A DNA stretch of 64,000 nucleotides from Vulcanimicrobiota bacterium (GTDB lineage: Bacteria > Vulcanimicrobiota > Vulcanimicrobiia > Vulcanimicrobiales > Vulcanimicrobiaceae): the NCBI GenBank assembly GCA_963833095.1, contig CAWHWQ010000008.1, positions 1-64,000 on the forward strand, in the 5' to 3' direction. A program made the translations under genes and the position numbers. Of this stretch, positions 19,443 through 28,829 are shown in pieces. The notes under the pieces were generated by a model. The model searched no databases, had not been told where the DNA came from, and saw only the letters and a list, made by a program, of their open reading frames with translations. Position 1 is the stretch's first letter; each line of letters starts with the position of its first letter.

Positions 19443-22128
19443 CTAAGCAGCCGCTCGACCGCCGCGACGACGTCTCCGATTGCCGCCGGCCGCATGAGCG
19501 TCGCTGCGGCGCCGAGGCGCGGAGAACTTGCGCCAAGCGCGACAAGCGGGATGTTGCGTTCGCGGCTGAAGGCGCGAAATTGCACCGCAGCTTGGTTCGA
19601 AAGCGCCTCCGGCGCGGAAAGCACGAGCACGTCGAACGGCTGCGCATCGGCAGTCGCAAGCGCCTCGTCGATGGTCGTTGCCACGAGGACCCGATATCCA
19701 GCCTCTTGCAATCCGTACGCGAGGAACGAGCGATCGCGATCTTGATCGAGTAACAGCACCGTGCGCGGAGCATAGCGCCTGTCCACGCGTCGAGGCAGCA
19801 CGACGGTGAAGGTACTTCCGCGTCCCTCCTCGCTTTCGACCGCGATGGTGCCGCCATGCAACTGCACGAGCTGCTTGGTGAGAAACAGACCGAAGCCGGT
19901 CCCTGATATGCGCATCTTGCGCGCATTCGACGCCCGAGAGAAGCGATCGAAGACTCGCGAGATCTCGCCGGACGGAATGCCGATACCGAAGTCTCGCACG
20001 ACGATGGTGACGTCGTCTTCGCCACCCGTTACCCAAATCGCCGGATCGGGTCCATCCGGCGTATATTTGATCGCGTTGTCGATCAGGTTACTAAAGACTT
20101 GGCGGAGACGATCTTCATCGCCCGTCACATGCGCGTCGCCGTTGATCACCAGCTCGACGTGACAGCGATCCTTCTGCTGCGCGACGATCGACTCAATCAA
20201 TTCACCGAGATCCGTCTCTGCGAGCTGCAGGGTGACTTCATTGCGTTCGAGGCGTGACAGCGTGAGCGTGTCGGTGGCAAGCTCGGAGAGCTGCATCGCC
20301 GAACCTTTGATCGTCTCGAGAAAATCGCGCTGCTCGTCGGTCACGTCGCCGACTTCACTCGTGAGATCAGCAAAGCCGACGATCGATGTCAGCGGCCCGC
20401 GAAAATCATGCGCCAGCATCGTGATAAGATCGCTTTTGGTTTGATTGAGCTCGAGCACGGCGCTACGGCGCTCCTCGATCTCATGATAGAGCGAAACGTT
20501 GCGCACCGCGACTGCAAAGTACTCTGCGATCAGATCGAAGACGAAAAGATCCGTGCTGCGCAGCGTGCGCCCTTGGCGCGGCCGTACCTCGAGCACGTAC
20601 GTCGCATCCGCGAATCTACCGGCATAGGCAATCGCCCGAGGCTCGTTCTCGTCGACGATACGCACACGCTGCCGCACGGCCTTGTCGACCAACGGATCGA
20701 GCACTCCGGCGCTCAAATCGACGGCGCCCAGCTCGTCGACCGCAACGCTCGTCCCGTCCTCGCCAACTGCAAGCAGACGTGCTTCGGCGCCGAGCAATTG
20801 TGCGATCGCCTCGCGCACGATGGTCACGACCGTCGCTGCGTCGAGCGTAGTAAATAGACGGCGCGCAGTGCGCGTCAATGCGAGCAGACGATCGTGCTCT
20901 TCGGCTAGGGCCGAGGTTCGTTCGACGTCACCGGTGATGTCACGTTCCGTCGAGATCCAATGCGTTACCGCCCCATCGGCATTGCGAACCGGGTGCAACG
21001 AGACCTGATTCCAAAAAGTCGATCCGTCCTTTCGGTAACTGGCTATCTCGGCTTGCGCAGGCGTGCCGGCGTGCAACGCCGCGCGAACGGCGCGCATTCC
21101 TTCATCGTCCGGCATGCCCTTGGCGGAAATAGGATAGCGGACGCCCGATCGCCTCGTCGCGCGATATGTTGCGTTTGCCGGGTAAAGGCATCGTTGGCGT
21201 ACGATAGCGTCAAATCACCGTCTTCGCTGACGGTGTATACGAGAATCACGTCGCCGGCAACGTTGATCGCGTCGAGGAGCAGCGCGATCTCGCGCTCCTG
21301 CGCCCGTCGCGCGCTCATGTCAAAGGCAACGGCGTGGATGCGCTCGCGGCCGTTTTCGTTGGTGACGTCGATGCGGATCTCGACTGGATAGCTTGTGCCG
21401 TCACGGCGCCGCAACTCACCCTGGCGCACGATATCCTCACCCTTACGTCCACGCACGAGGATGTCGAGCACCGCGGCCTCCGTCATGTTGGGGAGCACGT
21501 CGAAGATCGGCATCCCGACGAGTTCCTTCATCGAGTAGCCCAGCCGTCCGCACGCGCCGCGCGAGGCAAAGAAGATCGTTTCCGATTCGGCATCGACGGC
21601 CAGCACGTCGGCGTGCGCTGCGTCAAAGAGCGCGAGCAAACGGCGGCGGCTCTCCATCGTGTCCATCAGTGCGCCGGCTAGCGCTTGCAATTCGCGCAGC
21701 TGCGACTCTTCGAGCGTACGCGGGCGCTCGTCAAGGACACAGAGCGCGCCGATCACCGCTCCATCCGGAGCGATCAGAGGAACGCCCGCGTAGAAGCGCA
21801 CGTGCGACGGTCCCTTTACCAAGGGGTTGTCTCGGAAGCGTTTATCGGTGCTCGCGTCTTCGACGATCAGCGGTAACCCGCTAGCCACGATGTAACCCGA
21901 AAATGCCACTTCTCGCGGCGTTTCACGCGGATCTATGCCACAGTGCGATTTAAACCACTCGCGGCGGTCATCGACCAGCGAAATCGTCGACATCGGCGTC
22001 TCCGCAAGCTCGCGCGCAAGATGCGTAAACGCCTCGTATGCTGAGGCCTCCCGCGTGTCGAGAAGCTGATAGGCATCGAGCGCTAGTAATCGTGCGGCTT
22101 CGTTGGACGACTTCGCGGCGGCACGCAT
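19439..22128 (-). CDS. Hybrid sensor kinase GAF-PAS-PAS-GAF-HisKA-HATPase-REC-like, frameshifted near 21120-21170
   Basis: RFYAGVPL (GAF), RRRDGTSYPVE and YRKDGSTFWN (PAC), LAHDFRGPLT, NLIDNAIKY, GTGFGL. Confidence 0.9.
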
Positions 22129-23857
22129 CTAGACCGAACCTCGCTTGCGAGCAATGAACGCACGCACGTCCTCGTAAGAACGCGCGTTTAGGACATCTTC
22201 TTTAGTGAGGCCGGCCCGGCGCGCCTGTCCGACGCCCAGTTCGATTTCGGTTAAATCCTCGATTCCGTGGGCGTCGGAGTCGACGCTAAACGTCACGCCG
22301 AGCTCTTTGGCGCGGCGGGCTAGCGGAGCAGGCAGATCGAGCCGCAGGGCTTGCCCGTCGATCTCAAGCGCCGTACCGGTCCGCGCCGCAGCCGCAAATA
22401 CGGCGTCGTAATCGAATTCATAGCCGGGGAAGCTTCCAAGCATACGCCCGGTGGGATGTCCGATGATCGTGACATACGGATTTTCGCATGCGCGAATGAT
22501 CCGTGCAGTCATCGCCTCACGTCCCATGTCGAAGGCCGAATGCACGCTCGCGATGACGACGTCGAGCTGCGCGAGCACGTCGTTGTCGAAGTCCATTGCA
22601 CCATCAGGAAGAATGTCGACTTCGCTTGCGCAGAATGTCCGCATTCCGACCCGGGCCGAGAGCTCATGCACGAGCGCACGCTGCTCGCGCAGTTTATCCG
22701 GGTCGAGTCCATAGATGCGCCCGCGGCCCCACGAATGGTCGCTGATCGCGTGATACTCGTAACCGCGCGCCTTTGCGGCCGCGATCATCTCTTCGAGCGA
22801 GTTGCGCCCGTCGCTCATCGTGCAATGCATGTGCAAGTCGCCGCGCATATCATCCAACTCGAGCAAGTTCGGCAGCGCGTTGCGCAGAGCTAGATCGATT
22901 TCATCGAGTCCAAGGCGCAGCTCAGGCGGGATGTACGCCATCCCAAGCGCTTTATAGACGCCCGCCTCGTCCGCACACGTGATCGCATCGCCGGTTTCGA
23001 GATCGAGTATTCCGTTCTCGCTTACGCGCAGATTCTTGCGCACCGCGTATTCGCGCAGCTTGATGTTGTGCTCGCGCGAGCCGGTGAAGTGTTGCAACAG
23101 GTTCCCATACAGATGATCGGGCAACACCCGCAGGTCGATCTGAAAACCATCGTCGAGCCAGATGCTGGTCTTGGTGGCGCCTTCGGCCAGCACGGCGCGC
23201 GCCCGCTCCCATCGAGCAAAGTATCCGGTGATCGCCGACTGCATCGCTCGCGGTGCAAACGAGATCGATATCACCGACGGTAACTTCCTGACGACGAGCG
23301 CTGCCGGCATAGACGAGCCGGTCGTGCGGCGGTCCGGCACGCAGGAATTCCATGGCCTCGCGCGCGATGACCAGCGCGCGCGCGAGCGGCATGCGGCGTT
23401 GACGTCCTTTGTAGGCGAGGATCCCGCGCTTCCAGTTCTCGATCGTTTTCGGGCCAAGACGCGGCACGCCGGCAAATGCGTCGCGTTCGATCGCCGTTTC
23501 GAGATCGGAGAGCGATCCGATCTGAAAATCGTTCCACAACGAGGCGGCGGTCTTTGCGCCGATGCCCGAAACGCCGAGCACTTCGACGATAGTCGGCGGA
23601 AAGATCGCATAGAGTTCGTCGAGCGCATCGGCTCCGCCGCGCTCCAACAACTGCGCGATAACAATTCCAATCGATTTGCCGATTCCCGGGAGCTTGGTCA
23701 ACTCGCCCGCGGCCGCGACGTCGCGTAGCGGCGGCGCATTCTCAACCGAGGCGGCCGCCTTTTCGAAGGCCATGTACTTGTAGAAGCTCATCCCCGCCAT
23801 CTCCATGAGCGTGCGGATCTCCAGGAGCTTCGCTGCAATTTCGGCGTTGGAGAGCAT
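22129..23857 (-). CDS. polX: DNA polymerase X / PHP protein, frameshift near 23240
   Basis: LPGIGKSI HhH, GSARR..TVGDIDLV, HFTGSREHN, GDLHMH..SDG, DSDAH. Confidence 0.93.
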
Positions 23858-23912
23858 TCGATCGATTCAAACCCCTATGGATTCTTCGACCCCGGCGGCG
23901 AAAACGCCCCCG

Positions 23913-24441
23913 ATGCATATATTGCGCATGCGCGATGCGGCATACGTCCGGGCCGGGGAGACGATCGTTTCACCGGCAAATCTGGACCTTGCGCCGGGAG
24001 AACGCATGACACGGCTCTGCACGACCTCGCGTGAAGCTGAAGCGCTCGCAATGATGGCGGCCGCACTCGCCCGCGCGACCGCCGGATCGGTGACCATCGG
24101 CGAATACGATCCGCGCGTTCAGCCGGTGCATTGCAAGCGAATCGCCGCGTTTCGTGCCGCACGACCCGCTCCCGCTTACGCAGATCGATGCAGCGCATTA
24201 CATCGCCTACCGCGCCGCGCTCTGGGACGTCGATCCGTTGCTCGCGCGCCGGCGTGCAGGCGAGCTTCATCGGCAGCTCGATGGACTGCACGAGGCGTTT
24301 GCCTACCCGATCGTTGCAGCGCTCGTACCGTCGCCGCAACTGCTCGTGCTCGACCGTCCTCAGGCAGCCTTCATTCCGCAGATCATCGACGCCGCAGCCG
24401 GGTGCGCGGTGCTGATCGTTCACACCGAGGGCCGCGCGTGA
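23913..24441 (+). CDS. Degenerate ABC-ATPase-like protein, frameshift near 24152
   Basis: LDLAPGE, TAGSVTIGEYD, AFVP, PQLLVLDRP, AVLIVH; P-loop absent. Confidence 0.65.
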
Positions 24442-25100
24442 CTCCACGCGCGCTGCGTGCCATCGTCGGCGCGCGACTGCGGGTCGAGCGCCGCTCGCTC
24501 GCGTTCGCCTGCGCGAGCGCGGCGATCGTCGGCTTCGTGCAGCCGCACGGTGTCGCGACGATCACCGATCCACTTACCGCCGATGTCGCCACACGCAGCG
24601 TGTGGCTTGCAGGGCCGATGTTCTTTTGCTCCACGATCGGCATCGCGATCGCGCTATCGCAAGGACCGGGAAGACATGCGTTCTTAGATACAAGCGAGCG
24701 GAGCGCGCCGCTTGTTTGGCCGCGAACTCGCGCGCGCAAAGGCACTGACGCCCGGTTCTTTCCGCCACACTCGCCGCATTTGTCTACTGGGCCGCGCAAT
24801 TTTTGAGCGGATTCGCCGCGCCGCCAACGTTCTTCATTCTTGCGCTTGCCTGCGTGATCGCGAGTACGCTCGTAGCGCTCAATGCAACGGTCCGCGCCGG
24901 GCCTCGCACGCGTCATGGCGTTGGGGTTGGCCGCCGCGACGATCGTCGTCGCGTACATCTTAGCCGTTTACGCCGACGCCTATTCAACGAAAAGTGGCGA
25001 CGCCGTCGGCGTCGCCACTGAACTCATCGTGTGCGGGATCATCGCGTTTGTCGCGTTGCGCCAATACGGCGAATCGCTCGCGCGCTATGACCCCTTGTAG
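24438..25100 (+). CDS. Multi-pass membrane protein (permease-like), frameshifted
   Basis: GTGA overlap with upstream gene; several hydrophobic segments; ends ALRQYGESLARYDPL*. Confidence 0.6.
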
Positions 25101-25165
25101 CCGCACGATGCGGCTGAAGGTTCGGAGCACAGGATGTGCGATCGGCCGAAGGCCGACCAGACCGT

Positions 25166-25731
25166 CTAGGCAGAGAGTGCTGCTCCCGACGCGGAGAGCT
25201 TCTCGAGCATCGTACGATTGAATTGCGGCAGGTCCTCGGCTCCGCGCGTGGTGACCCAGTTCGAATCTCCGACGGTTGGTTGATCGCGATAGAGTCCGCC
25301 CGCATTGCGGATGTCGTCGGCGATCGCGTGCGCGCCGGTCACTTGGCGCGAGCGCACCAATTGCGATGAGATCAACACCTGCGCACCGTGGCCCACCGAA
25401 AAAATCGGTTTCTTCGCCGAATCGAACTCCCGAACCAGACGCTGCACTTCTTTATTCGTGCGAATCCGGTCGGGGGACGTGCCGCCCGGGAAGCAGCAGC
25501 GCGTCAAAATCTTCGGCGGTACAATCCGCCACCAACTCTTCGGCTCGAACGCTCTGTCCGTCGTCGAGACCTCGCTTGCCGCGAATACGCGTGCGCGCCT
25601 TCTCATCGATTCCGACGATCGTTACGATCGCGCCGGCCTCCTCGAGCGACTTTGCGCGGCTCGAACAAATCAGCTTCTTCAAATCCGTCGCCGATTAGTG
25701 CGGCGATACGCTTTCCATCAATACCTTGCAT
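25166..25731 (-). CDS. DJ-1/PfpI family protein, frameshifted
   Basis: MQGIDGKRIAALIGDGFEE, DFDALLLPGG..PDRIR, SVGHG, DSNWVTTRG..DLP.FN. Confidence 0.85.
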
Positions 25732-25758
25732 CGTGGGGCCGATCTTTCGCTTTGCCCG

Positions 25759-26272
25759 TTAGAGTGTCCCACCCGTCTCCTGAACGGCTGCTCGAAGGAG
25801 GTAAGCAAGCTCGACCTCCACCTTCCCGAGCGGATCGAGCACTTCGTCGGCAGCCAGCGCCGCCAGCGCGGGGTTCCGCTTGGTCATGTCCCCCTCGGGT
25901 ACCCGGTGACGTGGATTGATCTCGCGCATGTAGATCCGGGCACCGTACCGCACCGGCCCGTCGGGAAGAAAATAGAGCGGATCCAGTCCGAACGCATAGA
26001 CCTCCAGCGACAGAATGCCGGTCCGCTGCAGAAACTCGATTGGGCGCGTTCGCAGCGCCTGCGCGAGGCGCGCCAAGGCCGAGATCGCCGACGCGCTCGG
26101 ACCCGGCGAGTACCGCCGCGAGCCGCTCGAGGGGCAACCCCGATCGCCTCGGCCAGCCGCCCGTGGCTCACCTCGCGCTCGGCCGCGAGCGCACTCCGAG
26201 CCCCTGCCCGAAGGCGGCTCCACCGGCGGTTCCGAGTCGCCCATCCCAAACCGGTTCATCGGCGTTGATCAT
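25759..26272 (-). CDS. XRE-type HTH protein with unrecognised C-terminal domain, frameshifted
   Basis: Reconstructed across frames: ...AAEREVSHGRLAEAIG.PLERLAAVLAGSER...LARLAQALRTRPIEFL; ATGA overlap with Rieske gene. Confidence 0.55.
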
Positions 26273-26586
26273 CGAGCAACGGGCTCCGTCGAAACGTACA
26301 CACCGTCCTGCTTCACGCGCACCTCGAAACGCGCAACGAAAGCCAGGTCCCCCAGCGTCATCGTCCCAGAGCGAAGATCGAAACACCAGGCGTGCCACGG
26401 GCACGTGACGGTAAGCCCCTCCACCCAGCCGTCCACGAGGGGGCCGCCTTGATGCGGGCACGCATTCTCGAGCGCGTAGTAGTTACCGTCGACGTTGAAG
26501 AGCGCCACCTCGTAGCATCCCACCGAAAACGCACGCGACGTGCCGGGCGGCACCGCTCGCAGATCGGCGACACGAACGAATTCCAC
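26269..26586 (-). CDS. Rieske 2Fe-2S ferredoxin
   Basis: CPHQGGPL...CPWHAWCFDLRSG. Confidence 0.92.
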   Translation of the reverse strand: MEFVRVADLRAVPPGTSRAFSVGCYEVALFNVDGNYYALENACPHQGGPLVDGWVEGLTVTCPWHAWCFDLRSGTMTLGDLAFVARFEVRVKQDGVYVSTEPVAR

Positions 26587-26600
26587 CGAATCTGTTGCGT

Positions 26601-27368
26601 TCAGAAGAGTGACTTGATCATTCCGCCATCGATGGCGATCGTCTGTCCCGTCACGTACCGTGCCGCCTCGCTGCACAAAAACGCGACCATCGGTGCGAAC
26701 TCTTGCGGTGTTGCGACACGTCCGATCGGAATGTCGGCCTTCGCTGCCGCGTGCATCGCTGCTTCGTCGGGATAGAGTTGGTGTAAGCGATCGGTATCCA
26801 CACGCCCGGTCGCAATCGAATTGACGGTGATGCCGTCGCGCGCGACCTCGATGGAAAGGGTCTTGAGTGCGGCGACCAGTGCGGTGCGAAATGCATTTGA
26901 AAGCGTTAGATTGGGAATCGGCTGTTTCACTGAACTCGAGGTGAGCGCGACGATGCGGCCCCAACCGTTCGCCGCCATTGCGGGCAGCACGCCGCTGGTG
27001 AGTTCGAGCATGGAGCGCAGCACACTACGATAACCGGCATCCCAATCCTCGAGCGTCATCTTGGTGAAAGTACCGGGTTTGGGGCCGCCGCCGTTGAGCA
27101 CGAGGATATCGATGCTGCCGAACGTATCGCGCACGTCCTTGAGCAGTTTGGCGATCGACGCCGAGTCGGCCAGATCGACCTCAAATGCGCGCGCATCGGT
27201 CGCGCCCGCGTCCTTCGCGCGTTTCGCTACGGATTCGAGCTTGTCGCGGCGACGTGCAGCAACCGCAAGTGAAACACCCTCGGCCCCAAGCGCGAGTGCA
27301 ATCGCTTCTCCGATTCCCGCGCTGCCACCAGTCACAAGCGCAACGCGGCCACGAATACCTAAGTCCAT
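26601..27368 (-). CDS. SDR oxidoreductase
   Basis: TGGSAGIG, LNGGGP, SNAFR, YVTGQ...DGG. Confidence 0.92.
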   Translation of the reverse strand: MDLGIRGRVALVTGGSAGIGEAIALALGAEGVSLAVAARRRDKLESVAKRAKDAGATDARAFEVDLADSASIAKLLKDVRDTFGSIDILVLNGGGPKPGTFTKMTLEDWDAGYRSVLRSMLELTSGVLPAMAANGWGRIVALTSSSVKQPIPNLTLSNAFRTALVAALKTLSIEVARDGITVNSIATGRVDTDRLHQLYPDEAAMHAAAKADIPIGRVATPQEFAPMVAFLCSEAARYVTGQTIAIDGGMIKSLF

Positions 27369-28277
27369 TCCACCACCGTATTTCCGCCACTAACGATCAC
27401 CGCGACTCGTTCTCCGCGTTGCGGCTCATACTTCTTTGAAAGCAACGCGGCAAAGGCGGTTGCGCCGCCCGGCTCGGCAATCACTCGCGCTTGATTCCAG
27501 AGTTCCTTGCGCGCCGCGCGAATCTCATCGTCGCTTACCAAAATCGCGCGCCCGACGAAGCGCTCGACGATCGGATAGATCAGCGCGCCTAGCGCTCCGG
27601 CAGCCAGCGAATCGCTGGCAATGCTCCCGGTTGGTGCTAGCACCGGCCGGCCGGCGCGCAGCGCCCAATCCAGTGTGGGCGCGCCCTCGGGTTCGACGCC
27701 GACGATGCGGACGCGCCCGTCAAACCACGCGCTTATGCCGGCGATGAGTCCACCCCCGCCGACCGGTACCAGCACGGTGTCGAACGGTGCCGCGCCTTCT
27801 TCCAATTCCTTGCCGACTGAGCCGGCACCCAGAATCGTCTCCACTTGATCGAAGGCGTGAACCGCCGTCGCGCCTCGCTCCGCGGCATCGGCGATGCTTG
27901 CACGCTAGCGCATCGGGATACGCACCCGGGACAATGACCAGCTCGGCGCCGGTCGCGCGAATGCGCTCGATTTTTGCCGGCGACGAAATATCCGGAACGA
28001 AGATTCGGCACGGCAAATTGAGTCGCGTTGCCGCGTACGCAACCGCCGCGCCGTGATTGCCGCCGGAAGCGGCGACCACGCCGGCAGGCGGAATCGCGCG
28101 CGTGACGAGATTCGCGAACGCGCCGCGCGCTTTGAACGAACCCGAAACTTGCATCGACTCGAGCTTGAGCAGAATGCCGTCGAGATCGAGCTGCGGCGTG
28201 CGCCGCACGTACGGGCGAATCAGCGGCTCCATTGCCGCGATGCCCTCACGGCTTACCGTCGCAAAATGAGTTTGCAT
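27359..28277 (-). CDS. Threonine/serine dehydratase (PLP), frameshift near 27900
   Basis: SGSFKARGA, ASGGNHG, VGGGGL, AEPGGA, SGGN. Confidence 0.9.
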
Positions 28278-28409
28278 AGTCTCTTTCCTCAACACGCCGG
28301 CGTCCTCTGGCTATTCGCGCTCGGGCCACGGTGACTCAAGCTTTGGGCCGAGGGGCCCGAAGCCGGCAGCCGGGCAGGGCAATCCAACCCCTCAAACCAG
28401 GGTTAGCCC

Positions 28410-28438
28410 TTGCGGTACCCAGCGCTCTTTGCTATGCT
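28410..28438 (+). promoter_or_regulatory. Sigma70 promoter of rpsO
   Basis: TTGCGG-17 nt-TATGCT with TGn extension. Confidence 0.7.
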
Positions 28439-28444
28439 ACGCCG

Positions 28445-28531
28445 GTCGCCGGGACGGAGCTGTGGCCGCTAGGCAAAGCCCCAAGCCCTGTACCCGAGCG
28501 AGACTATCCTGTCGCTAAGGAGCTCTGTTTC
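28445..28531 (+). promoter_or_regulatory. Structured rpsO 5' leader (candidate S15 autoregulatory RNA)
   Basis: CGGGACGG-A-GCT pairs with AGC-CCTGT-A-CCCG; inner GCC-GCTA-GGC; precedes TAAGGAG. Confidence 0.5.
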
Positions 28532-28801
28532 GTGCCTCTCACCAAAGAACAAAAGGCGGAGATTGCCGCCAAGTACGGCCGCGGATCAAACGATACCGGG
28601 TCGGCCGAAGTGCAGATCGCAATCCTGACCGCTTCGATCAATCAACTCACCGATCACCTCAAGATGCATAAGAAGGATCACCATAGCCGCCGCGGCCTTT
28701 TGCTGCAGGTCGGTCAGCGCCGTCGTCTTCTGAGCTATTTGCAGAAGAAAGATCTCGAGCGCTATCGTGCATTGATCGGGGAACTCGGCCTGCGCCGCTA
28801 G
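28532..28801 (+). CDS. rpsO: 30S ribosomal protein S15
   Basis: [14 protein letters not shown]...[12 protein letters not shown]...LGLRR, 89 aa. Confidence 0.98.
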   Translation: MPLTKEQKAEIAAKYGRGSNDTGSAEVQIAILTASINQLTDHLKMHKKDHHSRRGLLLQVGQRRRLLSYLQKKDLERYRALIGELGLRR

Positions 28802-28829
28802 AGAAGGCCGCATCGTGCGGCTAGCGCCA

